Part shown: piece by piece, positions 11,690 through 24,155 of the stretch
Layout: every line of letters starts with the position of its first letter
Position numbering within the stretch: the stretch's first letter is position 1
Assembly (NCBI GenBank): GCA_010093745.1
Contig: MU005984.1
Location: forward strand, 124,001 to 188,000
DNA length: 64,000 bases
Direction: 5' to 3'
Origin: Piedraia hortae CBS 480.64
Lineage: Eukaryota
The notes under the pieces: generated by a model
Seen by the model: the letters and a program-made list of their open reading frames with translations, nothing else
The model's database searches: none
What the model was told of the DNA's origin: nothing
Translations under genes and position numbers: made by a program

Positions 11690-12239
11690 TGTTTCTGGTT
11701 AGAGGGCAGTCGAGGGTGAAGATGGAAGGAGTATTGGGGGTTTGGGGCTGAGCAGCGGGCGACACGTCACGGATCTAACCCGAATAGGCAACCGACCTAA
11801 CTTTCAGCCACATCAGCCAAAACACGGTTATTTTTCGGTTTGGGTCGATATCAGATCTTGGTCAAGACACCAGACAGCCACATATTCATATTCGGCCGAG
11901 GACAACCCACGTGTTGCTTAGAACATTGAACCTCGCCATTCGTACAATGCCGCGACGATTCAACCTTCTGTCTGCCAGTGTTGATCAGAAAACAGGCATT
12001 CATACCCTTCCGAGCCCAAAGACTCTAATCGTGTATGCAAAATGAGTGCAACCGAGTTTAGTTGTGTCCTACTCACAGACGCTGTTCTCAAAATCATATA
12101 CGTGACCAAAGGCCAATAGCCGACACTGACCAGGCTTAGAAAGAATTGTCCCCATCAGCATGAAGGTTTGCGCGTTTGACCAGCAAATGGTGACTAGTAA
12201 TGGTTGTAGTCCACATAATTAGTCTATTTGCTTATCAAA

Positions 12240-14041
12240 TCAGAGCTTGGCGGCCTTGGGAAAGATGCTGCTGTAAATATGGTCAACGACGTATTGCGCA
12301 GTGATGGTTCGGCCATCAAACCAGCGGCCGTTGAGTCCTCGAATGGCATTCTGTCCACCTTGCACCGTGTCGAATTTCACATAGATTTCGCCATCAGTGT
12401 TGTCAAGCGCAAGGCCAATGTGGACCACGGGTCCATATTTTTCCTCACATTCTAGGCGAACGTCGTCTTCAAGCTCCTTCTGCCAGCTTGGCCCGGCAGC
12501 CCTGAAAATAAATTAGCAAGGTTGCCCACAAATCGCCCAGATACACGTACTCCTCGGGACTGTACATGTTTTTGAGCAGGACGCAGCGGCTGGGTGCCTG
12601 TTGCTCAGGTACAGCTACTCTTTTCTGGTTATTGGTTGGAATAGCCGTCTTCTGCGAAGGCTCTTCGACCCGCGCAAGTTTACGCATCAAGGAATCACGA
12701 CTGAAATTGGAAAAATTGACCCCTGCAACATCGGTGTCATCAAGGGCGCTTGCGCCCCCCGACTTCTCCGTATCTCTACCAGTGGCACGGTCAAAATTAG
12801 TCAAGCCGCCAGCGTGAGCGCCGCGGCCACCCATACCGGAAAATGAGGAGCCTTGCTGAGCCTGCTGAGCCTGTGAGCTGAACCGCTGTAGAAGGCTATG
12901 GGTGGACTCAGCCGTGAATTTGTCGTTACCAAGTCCCACTCGGATCGGTCGACCAGCCAGTTCAAAGCCGTTCATCTTTTCCAGCGCATCTTTGGCTTCG
13001 CCGGGATCTTTGAATTGCACAAAGCCGTAGCCTCGGCTGCGGCCCTGATCTTCCTTCTGTAGTTGAACAAACTCGAGTTCTCCAAAGGGCTCAAAAACAT
13101 TCTTCAAATCCTCTTCGGTGATGGAGAAGTGTATGTTACCCACGTAGAGGCGGTGAAAGGGAACACCATTGGATTGCGTCGTGGCGCCTTCGTTTGCGCG
13201 TGCAAGGCGATTTTTTTCTGCCTCTGTAAGCTGAGCAATGATCGGAATACCAAGAAGTTTCTGGCCGGTCATGGCAATGGCCCTAGGAACCGATTCTTCA
13301 TCCTTGAACTCGACATAGCCCACGCTGGAAAGCTGTTAGCGACCAGTTCTTCACAGAGGAGACTCAAAACGAGAGTTCTGCCTACCCTTTGGAGCGTCCG
13401 CTCACCCGATCCTTGACGATTTGCGCTTCCACCACTGGACCGACAGTTTCAAAGAACTTCTGCAAGTCCGAGGTGCGAAGACGGGCAGCAAGCTGCTGTA
13501 CAAAAACGGTGCGTCTATCACTGTCATCATCAGTCGGCTCAGGAGTTTTGACTCTTTTGGATGGCGGAGTGCAGCGACGGGAGCGACGGCCGGGGCGGTC
13601 GGGGCGGTCAGCATCACGGCTGTCCCGACGGCCCCGATCACGCTCTCGATGGTGCTCGTGCCGCCTGGAATCTGGACGGTAATGCCTATCATCATCAGGT
13701 GAGCGACGCGTGCCGGTGCCATGGTAGTGGTCACCTGAGTAGCGATCCTCGTGCCGGTCTCGATAGCGCAATCCACGGCTGCGAGGCGAACGAGACCGTC
13801 GCCGACTCACCGGGCGCCCGCTGGTACTGCTGCCGTCATCGGCGTCCTTCATCTCCACGTCCGCCCCGAGAGACTTGCGCGACCGCCGCGCATCGTTGGC
13901 TTCGCGCTCAGCTGAGTAGCGGTTGGTGTCCGGCGCACTGCGGCTGTCGCGACCGTCGCGATCATGGCGTCGTTCGGCCTGTTGCTTGGCTATTGCCTTC
14001 TTTTCCTCCTGTTCCAGCAGCTCGGCGACAGCTGCGTCCAT
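12240..14041 (-). CDS. RBM39/Rsd1/PAD-1-like splicing factor (RS region, 2 RRM, UHM)
   Basis: [54 protein letters not shown]; introns at about 13325-13385 and 12502-12549. Confidence 0.92.
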
Positions 14042-14655
14042 ATCTGTGTTGGTAATGTGGTCTTTTGCACGTGCGACAGCTGCTCACTTATGGCTAAACT
14101 ACCGTAGGCTCCAGCTGCGTCTACCTGCACGTCCTGTTGCGTTGTCGCTGCCAAACTCGCCGCCCGTTCAGGTTTGCGGCGTGGAAAGCGGGACCTAGCG
14201 GGCTTGGCGCATGTGCAGCCTCTGATTGGCCCGTGGCAGCCTCACTGTTTTCTGCTGGAAAAACGCTGATTACGCATAGGTTCAACGTGGCATTCACTCA
14301 GCGGCTCTCACGCGCAGTGAATCACAGTGATAGACACATTGGCAGCTGCAGGAGACCGTATCATCCGCCAGACGTATCGAAATATCTCAAAGACTTGCTG
14401 CACCACAACCCCCAGACCGCCAGCAAGCCCGCGCCTGCAAAGTACAGAGCACAGTGGGAGAAACGAATATTCAAGTACGAACGCTTGTCTCCATCAGAGA
14501 TCTGGAGGACAAGACACGTCCTTGGCGCTTCATATTCACCCAACGCGCGTAAGCCAACCGAACTAGTGTTTGAGAAGAAGCATCTGGCCCGCTTAAGGCC
14601 ACCTGGTCACGAAAAAAATATAGAGCATAGACAAGGCCTTGTACAAACAAATGTC

Positions 14656-17274
14656 ATGCATGCCAAGCTCCAAATTCTCACCACGCCCACGGCTGACACG
14701 CCGGGGACTACACTCTTGCTGCAATTCGACAACAAGCGCTATTTGATTGGTAACGTTGCAGAAGGCACGCAAAGAGCTTGTGTGCAGGAAGGCGTGAAGC
14801 TGCTCAAGCTGACAGAATGTTTCATCACAGGGCGGACCGAGTGGAGCAACATTGGTGGCTTGGTCGGCATGATCCTAACTCTGGCGGAGGCTGCCGCCAG
14901 CAGCAGCGAATCCATCAAAGAGGAAGCGCTGAAAAAGGCAACCAACAAGGCCCGGAAGTTGGGCTATCTAGGCAACAAGAAGAAGATGGCAGAACTTAGC
15001 AAAGAGCTCGACTCGCGAGAGTCTCCTCGGCTAAGCATCTTTTCCCCACCGAATCTCAATTATGCTTTGGCAGCGGCGCGGCGATTCATCTTTCGCAAAG
15101 GCATGCCTGTAGATGTCCATGAAGTGAATGAGGCTTCTCAAGAGGGATCCGGCCCTTACTGGGCTGATGACAATATCAAAGTGTGGCCCATGATAATACA
15201 CCCAACTACCTCAGCAGTCCCAAAAAATGGCCGCAAGCGAAGTATTGGCGAGGTAAACGAGCCTGAGGAGCAGCCTACTCCCAAGCAACGTGATCTTCTC
15301 ACCCTCAAAGCTGTTGTGGGCAACATGTTCGACTCAACATGGCAGCTAAACCAATATCGTGAGACGAAATTGGGAGAAGTCGAGTTACCGACATCAATAT
15401 TCGTTCGCAATCCCGAAACTCAAAAGGTGGAAAAGTACTGTGGACCGTTACCTGGAATCATTGGATCTAACTATGACCCGGAGCTTCCTGTATTGATCCG
15501 TAAGCCATGGCCTGGTGCGCTGGTGGATAAGTTGCCTTCTACCGAACCAGCCAAGGAGGCATTGAGCTACATAATCAAGTGCCAAGACGAACGCGGTCAA
15601 TTTTCGCGGGAAAAGGCAATTGCATTAAAAGTCCCCAAAGGGCGGCTATGGGGAGCTTTGGCTTCAGGCAGCAATGTGGAGAACGAGCTTGGCGAGATCA
15701 TTACCCCCGATATGGTTCTGGGAGAGGTGCGAGCTGGCAGTGGTGTAGCCGTGGTAGATCTACCTGATCCGTCGTACATTGACGGTCTGCTCTCCCGGTG
15801 GGAGTGGAAGCAAGAAACAATTATGTCGGGTGTGGGTGTTATGGTCTGGATCTGTGGAAAGGGGGTGGCCGAAGATGAGCGTGTGCTAGAGTTTATGCGG
15901 GAACATGCTGGGATACAACATGTGGTGTCAAGCCCAGAGCATTGTTCAAACATGATTGCATTGGACTCGATCGCAACCATGACTATCCGTCACCGTCAGA
16001 TCGATGCCAAGAGGTATGGCGTGCCGGTGCAGGATTCCAAAGTTGTGCCTAGTAACTGGCCAACAAATGTACAACGAGCAGCCCGAGGGCAGCTTATCCA
16101 AATGATGCCGTGCATTAAAGTGCCAAAGGAGCTAACTGTGCAGTCGCTTGACATTCAGGCAATAGAGTCTGAGACGCCAAAGGAGGTGATTGAAGCAGTA
16201 GCCACTGCCCGCCAAGTAGCAGAATCGAACCATTCTGAAAGCTTAAAGTGGGCAGCTAGCCTACCGGAAGGAGCAGCGGACGTTGAGATAGTCACCCTGG
16301 GAACGGGCTCTGCCTTGCCATCCAAGTACCGCAATGTGTCAGCTACGTTGATGCGAATACCCGGGTGGGGCAGCATGCTATTCGACTGCGGCGAAAATAC
16401 GTTGGGACAGATGCGGCGCGTTTTTGGAGAAGAGGAGACGCGCGAAATCCTTTGTGGGCTGCGTATCATCTTCATCAGCCACATGCACGCAGACCATCAC
16501 TTGGGCACCGTTAGCGTTATCAAGGCTTGGCATGAAGCGACTGGGACTGATAACAAACAGCTACTCCCGCCAGAAACAAATGCTCGAGACGTATTTACCC
16601 GCGTAGGAGGTCTGGCAGTGGTTAGCGAGCCAGCAATGCAAATGTACCTGGCCGAATATGCTGCAATGGAGGATTTTGGGCTCTCGCGCGTGGCACCGCT
16701 AACCGTCTGGCCGGCAAACTTGGCGCTCAATCGGCCCTCGCGACTAACATGGTTTGTCCCCCCAAGCGAACTTGCGCAGCTACCGAGGGAACTGCACGAA
16801 GAACGTATGCGGCAAAGTACGGTGTCCCCGGACCTGCTCGGCTTGAAAGACATTCAGGCTGTTTCAGTCTTACACTGCGAAGGTGCAAGGGCAGTCAGTC
16901 TAACTTGGCCTTCGGGTTTCAAAGCAAGTTATTCTGGCGACTGTCGCCCGAGCAAAGCCTTTTCAGAGATTGGACAAGGCAGCACCGTCTGCGTTCATGA
17001 AGCGACGTTTGACGATGCATTGAGCGCCGATGCAAAGGAAAAGAAACACAGCACGACATCCGAGGCCCTGGAGGTTGCTAGAGCTATGGATGCCAAGGCG
17101 TGTTTGCTGACGCACTTTTCGCAACGATACCAGAAGCTACCAGTCCTGCGAGATCATGACAGCGACATGAGAATTGCCGTTGCTTTTGACTACATGAGGC
17201 TCAAGGTAGGCGACTTCCCTGAGATGGAGAAGTTCTTCCTGCCCTTGCAGTTGCTGGTTGCTAGTCAAGGATAA
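14656..17274 (+). CDS. TRZ1: tRNase Z long form (ELAC2/Trz1); possibly extended upstream from a non-AUG start
   Basis: TPTADTPGT, IGNVAEGTQR, TLGTGSALPSKYRNVS, DCGE, SHMHADHHLG, YSGDCRP, HEAT, HSTT, THFSQRY. Confidence 0.95.
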   Translation: MHAKLQILTTPTADTPGTTLLLQFDNKRYLIGNVAEGTQRACVQEGVKLLKLTECFITGRTEWSNIGGLVGMILTLAEAAASSSESIKEEALKKATNKARKLGYLGNKKKMAELSKELDSRESPRLSIFSPPNLNYALAAARRFIFRKGMPVDVHEVNEASQEGSGPYWADDNIKVWPMIIHPTTSAVPKNGRKRSIGEVNEPEEQPTPKQRDLLTLKAVVGNMFDSTWQLNQYRETKLGEVELPTSIFVRNPETQKVEKYCGPLPGIIGSNYDPELPVLIRKPWPGALVDKLPSTEPAKEALSYIIKCQDERGQFSREKAIALKVPKGRLWGALASGSNVENELGEIITPDMVLGEVRAGSGVAVVDLPDPSYIDGLLSRWEWKQETIMSGVGVMVWICGKGVAEDERVLEFMREHAGIQHVVSSPEHCSNMIALDSIATMTIRHRQIDAKRYGVPVQDSKVVPSNWPTNVQRAARGQLIQMMPCIKVPKELTVQSLDIQAIESETPKEVIEAVATARQVAESNHSESLKWAASLPEGAADVEIVTLGTGSALPSKYRNVSATLMRIPGWGSMLFDCGENTLGQMRRVFGEEETREILCGLRIIFISHMHADHHLGTVSVIKAWHEATGTDNKQLLPPETNARDVFTRVGGLAVVSEPAMQMYLAEYAAMEDFGLSRVAPLTVWPANLALNRPSRLTWFVPPSELAQLPRELHEERMRQSTVSPDLLGLKDIQAVSVLHCEGARAVSLTWPSGFKASYSGDCRPSKAFSEIGQGSTVCVHEATFDDALSADAKEKKHSTTSEALEVARAMDAKACLLTHFSQRYQKLPVLRDHDSDMRIAVAFDYMRLKVGDFPEMEKFFLPLQLLVASQG

Positions 17275-17382
17275 GAAATTTCCACTTCCACAACTCTTCG
17301 ATAAACCTCAACATCCCGGTACACACCTCTACCAAACGCTAATCTATCAGGCTAATGTACACATTACAAACATCAATATCTC

Positions 17383-18343
17383 TTACACGGCACTATACCC
17401 ACCCCTATCGTTTGTGAAAAGTTTCTTGGAAACCTCTCGTATGTTGTACGGGATGTCTCGAATAGTGTCACCGTGAGGACTGAATCAAAATATTAGCGCC
17501 CACACGTGAAGCTGAGGAAGAAACTCACATCAAATCCCACCCCCGCGCCCCATAACGATTGTAGTTCAACCAACTGCCAAAGATGATGTACGCAGCGGCC
17601 AACAGGAAGATGATAATGAGCATCCAGGCGAAGAACCCCAAATGGCTTTTCCTAGCGTCATCGCGAAGTTTATCAGGTTCGTTGGCAACACCCTCACAGG
17701 CGTACTTTGTCTTCCATCGCACGCGGAGCGTGTCAATGTCCCCATCAGCGCCGTAGGAAACGAACTGCAGCGCCCTGCCTTTATCTAGATCTGGCAATTC
17801 TGGCGAGTCTGGTTCTTTATCATCAAGAACAGAGACACCTTCCGCATCGAATCCCTCTGCTCCGGACCAATCCCTATCGCAGTCGAATTGCACAACAGCC
17901 TGCTGCAGCCGGCCTTGTCGTGTGTCGGGATATTTGCCTCCATGGAACGTTACGTCAATTCCAGTGTCTTTCTCTCGCTGCTTGACCTCTGCGTCTAGCG
18001 CTCGGCCATGCGAGGCGTAGTAGTCTCCGGCTATGTCTATGACGCGCGAAACCTCGCCTTCGCCATTGGGGTCGGACGAATGATACACTCGCTCTATGCC
18101 ACACACGCGTGTTCCAGTACTGCAGTTGTCTTTTGATGAATCTTTCTTGGGCAATGCTTGGCACAGGTCAAGAGTGAAGGTGAAGTTGAAGGTGCTGGGA
18201 GGTTGCCAACGTTGCCAGTGGACTGTCTTGGGCCCGCCCAAGGCCGAGAAGTCATAGCTTTGACCCGAAACACGCGTATGTGTGCAGTCAAATGTCAGGG
18301 CTGTAGCAAGGACAGGGAGGGCCATTAGGCATCGGAGCTGCAT
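17383..18343 (-). CDS. ATG27: Autophagy-related protein 27 (MRH-domain type I membrane protein)
   Basis: Signal peptide, Cys-rich luminal domain, WKTKYACE, TM segment, NYNRYGARGWDL / intron 17480-17528 / IPHGDTIRDIPY..GGYSAV* (YxxPhi motif). Confidence 0.9.
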
Positions 18344-18734
18344 TGTGGTCTGTTGGCCGTGGTGTCTGACGTCGGCTAAGGGAGCTATTTACGGGCCGAT
18401 CCGGCCCGACTCACTAATCCGAAAAGGTGTGGGGGTTCCAATCCTTTGGACGTGTAGAACATCCAATCATCATTATTTCACAGTTTAAAGAGCGTCTACA
18501 AGGCTGACTTTCCAAGCTATCTTGCGATATAATCGCATCTTATTCTTTTTACTTCTAACGTATCCAAAAAAAATTCCTGAAACAGGAGCGAGAATATGTC
18601 GTGCCTAATCGATTCTGAAAGCCGAGGTTCGGCGTAAGCCACGGATCAGACAAGGAGAGTCACTTTGCGTACTTACACTCGCACTTGCATTCGCACTCTT
18701 ACACACAGGCACAGTAAAGCCATAGACAGAAACA

Positions 18735-19388
18735 ATGACTCATGGCTGGCTAAATACTGCAGACGGCCTTGTGCTGCGGTTCAATAGAGTGCTGTCCAAG
18801 CCGGGAGGGCTCAGTTCCACGCTCTCAACGCTCAACTACACCATCTATCTGATTGCGCATAGCGAAACCCAATGGCGTGGGAAAGCTGCTGCCGCAAGGT
18901 GGACTGCCCTTGGAAGCCTAATCTCTCAGACCAGGGCGACATTGAGGCTTTTTGGCCTCGTTCCGCTTTACTCATGGGCGCGTGAGCTGGCCCGAGGCCC
19001 CGCCAAAGGCCAGGACGGAGTGCTTTACCTCGCTTCAGTGGTACAGTGTGCGCTTTACATCGTCTTCCAAGCACTCGAGAATCTGGCTGTTTTGGCTGAC
19101 GCAGGAGTTGTGAAGCTCCGCGGTGGCACAGCACACATTTATAAGAAGAGCACACAAGCCTGGGCAGCAGCCTTGGTTTGCGATCTGGTCAGACTTTTGC
19201 GTGAAGCGCAAATCGGAAAGGACGGGAAACGGTGGTCCAGGGATATGATCTCAACCATAGCTTGGTTGCCAGTTGCGGTGCATTACAGCCGCGATTCAGG
19301 CGTTCCTGGCTTCAATTTGGGTGTTCTGGGGGCTTGTGGTTGGCTGGGAGGCGTCGGACAAACCACTGAAATGTGGTCTGCTGCTTGA
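18735..19388 (+). CDS. PEX11: Peroxin 11 family protein (PEX11C-like)
   Basis: LGSLISQTRATLRLFGLVPLY, FQALENLAVL, AWLPVAVHYS; size and hydrophobicity fit Pex11. Confidence 0.75.
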   Translation: MTHGWLNTADGLVLRFNRVLSKPGGLSSTLSTLNYTIYLIAHSETQWRGKAAAARWTALGSLISQTRATLRLFGLVPLYSWARELARGPAKGQDGVLYLASVVQCALYIVFQALENLAVLADAGVVKLRGGTAHIYKKSTQAWAAALVCDLVRLLREAQIGKDGKRWSRDMISTIAWLPVAVHYSRDSGVPGFNLGVLGACGWLGGVGQTTEMWSAA

Positions 19389-19510
19389 GCCTATGTACGT
19401 ATGGGGTATCTGTTCCATTTACATTTCAACGGCGCTGCCAATAACAGGCACATGACGAATTGTAGGTGCGCAAGAAGGAAAACCCAAACAAATCTTGGTA
19501 CTGCGACTTT

Positions 19511-20059
19511 TCATACCGGACAACTCGTCGGAAAAAGTTTATGACCGTAATCTATCCGAGGCGGTAATCTCGCACTCAGATTTTGGCCTGGCAATGTGCA
19601 AATCGGCGGTGGATGAACTGGCTGCAGCATGGTGTACCGGGGCATGCTTTGCAGCCGAATCAGCGTTCCGATGATGGTGTCATTCTCGCATTCGCCTTCT
19701 TTGCTAATTGAGTACGGAACATGCACGATGTTCACGATCCGACCAGGCAAAAGCGGACATTCGGCGACCCTCTGGCTAGTATCATATGTTTCCACGCCAT
19801 CATTCAGCCGGTAGTAATAATAATATGTTTGTCCTTGAGACAATCCATTTGAAGGACTCCGAATTCGGGCGGCTGGGAGATCGAAGAGAAAGCAACCTCT
19901 CCACAGATTTTGACCCCGTTTCCGGTCCGGGTGCAGTGCATACGCTCTGGCAAAGTTGTCCCATGACCCAATCAGTTCCACAACTTTCAGCCTCTTTAAA
20001 GGTGCGAAGTAGAAGAAGGTCAACAGCGTCTTTCTCTTGTTTTCCGTGGAAAATCCCAT
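19511..20059 (-). CDS. Hypothetical protein with AMPK-beta/CBM48-like N-terminal domain
   Basis: VVELIGSWDNFARAY..WRGCF..GLSQGQTYYYYYRLNDG resembles the glycogen-binding E-set motif. Confidence 0.55.
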   Translation of the reverse strand: MGFSTENKRKTLLTFFYFAPLKRLKVVELIGSWDNFARAYALHPDRKRGQNLWRGCFLFDLPAARIRSPSNGLSQGQTYYYYYRLNDGVETYDTSQRVAECPLLPGRIVNIVHVPYSISKEGECENDTIIGTLIRLQSMPRYTMLQPVHPPPICTLPGQNLSARLPPRIDYGHKLFPTSCPV

Positions 20060-20621
20060 GGCAAGAGGATGGCAGCCTCGCGTACAGGTGCATATTTAAC
20101 CTGTCAATGTCATTTGACACGTGCAATGGTGTTCTTGGATTTGGAACCCGGTCTAATTTTTGAACGGACGAGCGTCCCGCCTTGTGGGGGCCACGTTATG
20201 CTCCAAGCTTGGGGAGACATTACTACCCCCGGCCATGCCAACCCCGCACCAGCTACCTACGATGCACTGAAAAGTGATTTCTGTTCACAGTGTTGCTCGG
20301 TTGCAGGATCATTTCAAACGCGGGGCTTGCTCTAGATTGATTCGTGTCGGCGGCTGAGGGCAAGATCGAGCGAATCAACCGTTTGATCGTCTAAATTTGG
20401 CCCACTGCCAATCTTGGGCAATAGGGACGATGGTGTGAGCTGAATATCAGGTGGTATTCCCCCTCATTTGACTGGCGGGGCTGTACAACGGAGAGGGGTG
20501 GGAAGAGCTCGCTCCTCCCGACCCGTCGAGCTGTTGCCCCTCCCCCGCAATGCGGAGCTATACCAGGCCCCGTGGTAACTAAGCTTCGTCCCATTGTTCC
20601 TTTTCCTCTTTCACCCCAAAC

Positions 20622-21113
20622 ATGTCTTCTGGATCCTCTTCAAACCCATGGCAAGACCGTCGAGGTCTGTTCCAGCGAGGCAAAGAGGTCCATGAACCAA
20701 GTAAACCAACTGGTCGTCGTCCTTCTGAAGGCAGTAGGATCATAGACTCTCTTCGTAGAGCTTCAGTCAGCAGCACAAATAGCTTGGAAAAGACCAAAAC
20801 TGCTAGTTCGGACGCGCCATCTCCGACTTCCCCCTCTAGCCAGCGTAGAATGGTGAGTTTTATGTATGTGGTTTCCTGGACAGCTTTGACGTTTGGATCC
20901 TAGTCATCGAATGCCGGGATTTTTGGCAACCTTGCCCAAATGAAGAGGGGCAGCGAAGACTATGGTCAGCGTCGACAGAGCCAAGAGGAAATGATTGGCA
21001 GCGGCAGCGGTATATTCTCGACGTGGTACAACTCCACATTCAAAGGCGTGCAGAAGACAAACCCTACGGGGACGCAGCAGTCACATGCCGAGAAACGTGG
21101 GGTGATGGAATGA
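20622..21113 (+). CDS. Small hydrophilic conserved fungal protein with PKA-type RRxS motifs
   Basis: ATG in AAACATG context; intron 20853-20903 (GTGAGT..TAG) gives in-frame SSNAGIFGNLAQMKRGSEDYGQRRQS..FSTWYNSTFKG..*. Confidence 0.7.
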
Positions 21114-21487
21114 AGATCAGTGTGGAGATTATGGATGAACAGTTGTGTCGACGTCAGTAAGATTCTGCGAACTTTTTGACCCACCTTGAATAATGCCAAC
21201 GTGCAGCCCAGTGGTACATTAACATGCAACCACCTTCAGGCTCTGATAAGAACAATTTGTTCATCCAGCAGCTCTCCTTGGTTTTGATACAAAGGACTGT
21301 GCTGTTCACACCTTCACACAACAAAAATCGGAGAGAAAAAAAACTTCCATCTGTTGTACAACGTGCCCACAAAAGCACAACCGCAGTCATAAGTGAAGTG
21401 ACCCCCAAGGAGGGGTCAGAAATGGCATCCATGATACATTTGCATAATACATTCAAGGGCGAGGAAAAAAGAAAAAGAAAAAGAGGC

Positions 21488-22629
21488 TCAGAGGCTCCCC
21501 AAGTCGGTGTCAGGTGAGTGTTTTGGATGGTGATTTGCCCACCGGTGCAATTCCCGTTCTTCATTCATGTCGTCATCCCCACTTCGTCTTGCCTGCATAC
21601 TCATCCTCGTTGCCAAACCAGCCACACCATCCGAGGGAATACCCTCGACTTCCTGATAGAGACCCCGTTCATCACCGCGACGAGATTGGAGTCCGTCGGG
21701 GTCTTCGCGGGATAGATTCAAGAGGTAAACCCCTGAGAATATGATGAGAAAGCCGCATATTAGTGAAATGGCGTTTACTGCGTTGGCAGTGTTGAAGCCA
21801 CGGAAGAGTATAAAAGACGCAACTAAGGTGCATGTTGTGAAGGTCACGTAGTAGAGGGGATTTACTCTATAAATGGTCAGCGGTTATGTGCAAACGGTTT
21901 GAATGACACTTGCATGTTTGTGCTGAACTGGCTGAGCGCCTTGTTGAAGTAGTTCATCTGCGTCAAGATGCAGACAATAACCATGATGAGGAAGACGTAG
22001 GTCGACGCAGACTTGAACTGGTTGTCACCGCGAAAAGTCATCTTCAACGCCAGCCCAATGCCCTTAATGGCCATAATGCTGAGAGAGCCGACAGTGGAGC
22101 AGATGCTGAGAAACACCATCGGGTTCTTCTTACCGTACCGCGGCGCGACCCAGTAGATCATGGTAATGGCAAAAACAGCCACGACAAAGGCGTAGAAGAG
22201 AAAGCCCGGCATTAGCGCATAGTGCAGCAGCTCGTCGATGCTCTCCAGCTCCTTGTCAGGTGGAGCATGCAGTACAATGACGACGCTGCCGACAAGACAA
22301 ATGGCGCTGCCGATGCGGCCCAGTGTGCCCAACCGCTCGCCCAGCACATAGCTGCCCAGCACAGCGCCGATCAGCACCGACAGAGCACCGAGCGGTGTGA
22401 CGAGGATGGCAGGTGCAAATGCGTAGGCCGAGAAATTGCAGACCTCGCCGACGGCCATAGCGACGATCCCGGCCCACCATATCGGGTTGCGCAAGTAAGC
22501 GAATCCCTCACCCTCGAATCCGTGCCTAGCCGCCGTTGCGTTGAGGCCCTTCTTAGTGATGACGAATGATGCGCCGATGCCTAACGTCGAGGTCACCGCC
22601 AGCGCGAGGCCGACGTACTTGTCCTCCAT
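21488..22629 (-). CDS. NIPA-family magnesium transporter
   Basis: MEDKYVGLALAV, GASFVITKKGL, YLRNPIWWAG, GEVCNFSAYAFAPAILVTPLGALSV, QMNYFNKAL; GC-AG intron 21867-21913 restores TNIVNPLYYV. Confidence 0.93.
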
Positions 22630-22889
22630 GCGCGCAGTCTCAGCGCGCTCATTCGGTTGCGGCAGTCCGGTGGCTGATCGGGTGGAGCAGCTCGGGTTTA
22701 GGTCGCGTGGGGCAGGCCGGGGTTTGGTCACGTTCGTCGGCTCTGTAGTCGGCTGGGCCGTTCAAGTCGTCTGCTCTGTCGAATTGATGGAGTCGCGTCT
22801 TCTGCGGGACGGGAGCGCCCGGTGAGACGTGTCAGTACGAGTCAAAAACGCCGCTATGATATTTAACTACAAACGCGGAATTACAACCG

Positions 22890-23904
22890 TCAACGGCGCG
22901 TCATCTGCCGCAGCATGCGGTCTCTCCGGTCGCCCTCGGCAAGCCACATACTGGCCCTGACTAGCTGCTCCACGTTGATGTACTGTTTCAAAAGCATCAC
23001 CGGCGACGACGCCAGCGTCAGGATCCACGGCACTGTCGAGTCCATCTTGTTGGCCCGTGCCATCTCCATGGCGGCTGCCGAAAACGGTGACGGGAAGAAC
23101 AGCGACGGCTCTGGCTGGTGCGGAGTGGCCGGCGTCGTGCCATCAGACGCTAGACCCGCCGATGGAAGTAGCGCCGGCGTTATGAGCGGCGAGCTGAAGC
23201 ACAGCAGGTAGAGAGAAATGAAAAACAGCTCGTTCAGCGCGCACACGATAAAAAGTACCGTCTGTGCCGTTAGCCTAACCACGTGAGTTCGCGACAGGCA
23301 CCCACCTTGTTGCTGTAGTACACCTTCATGATCCAACTGGCGCGAGAAGCGACATTCTTGTGGCTCTGGCCCTGACCGCCCATGGCCAGCGTTGCGAACA
23401 TGAGAATCCAGTGGCTCGCCACATCTAGGCAGATAAGGCCTTGGAAGTATATCGCGTACGCTGGCTTGCCCGCGGCCAGAAACACCAGCAGACATGTCGT
23501 TGTGCACCGGTCTGTCACCATGTCGAGCACCGTTCCGAAGCGCGTGCTCTGCTCAAAGTGACGAGCAGCCATTCCGTCGAGGGCGTCCAGCAAGCATGAC
23601 ACCGTGTAAAGGAAACTGCAGCGCCGCGGGTGCAGTGGCATAAAATTCAGTGACGCGATGGCCAGGATGATGCGGGCGTAACCTTGTGCTGTCAGACCTC
23701 GGATGCTCTCAGTATGAAGGGGTCGGGCTCGAACGCACCGATGAGATTTGGCCAAAACAAAAAAATGTTCTCGTCGGTCATCGGGGCTGGCTGGACGTTG
23801 TCTTCATCACTGGAGCCGTGGTCTTTGCGGCCAGACACGTCGATGGGCATCTGGCGCACATCTCCATTGGCGAGGTTTGGATTATTTGACCGAGCGCTGC
23901 TCAT
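22890..23904 (-). CDS. PIS1: Phosphatidylinositol synthase (CDP-alcohol phosphatidyltransferase)
   Basis: ENIFLFWPNLIG/YARIIL, LDALDGMAAR..STRFGTVLDMVTDR; introns at about 23683-23737 and 23262-23305. Confidence 0.93.
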
Positions 23905-24155
23905 GTTGGCGTTGGCGTCGAGGATGCGCGCAGAGATATGATGACTGTTCAGGTGTCACGCTGCCGGCGTCATAGGGGACGCACTGTGAACGTGCGTGGG
24001 GTGACGGTTTGCCAAGAAACGGCGCACACACACGTTAGTAAATAATCTGAACTACACCAATGATCTACGGCGACTGTTCTCTCCTACACAAGTCGCAATG
24101 GTCATGTCCGTCGTTTTGTGCTACGTCTTGTATGCCTAGTCTATGTTCATCGCAC

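Noticed and set aside
12240..12255. RBM39-like protein ends in AKL, a PTS1-like tripeptide
   Set aside because: It is a nuclear splicing factor and the tripeptide directly follows the folded UHM domain; probably coincidental.
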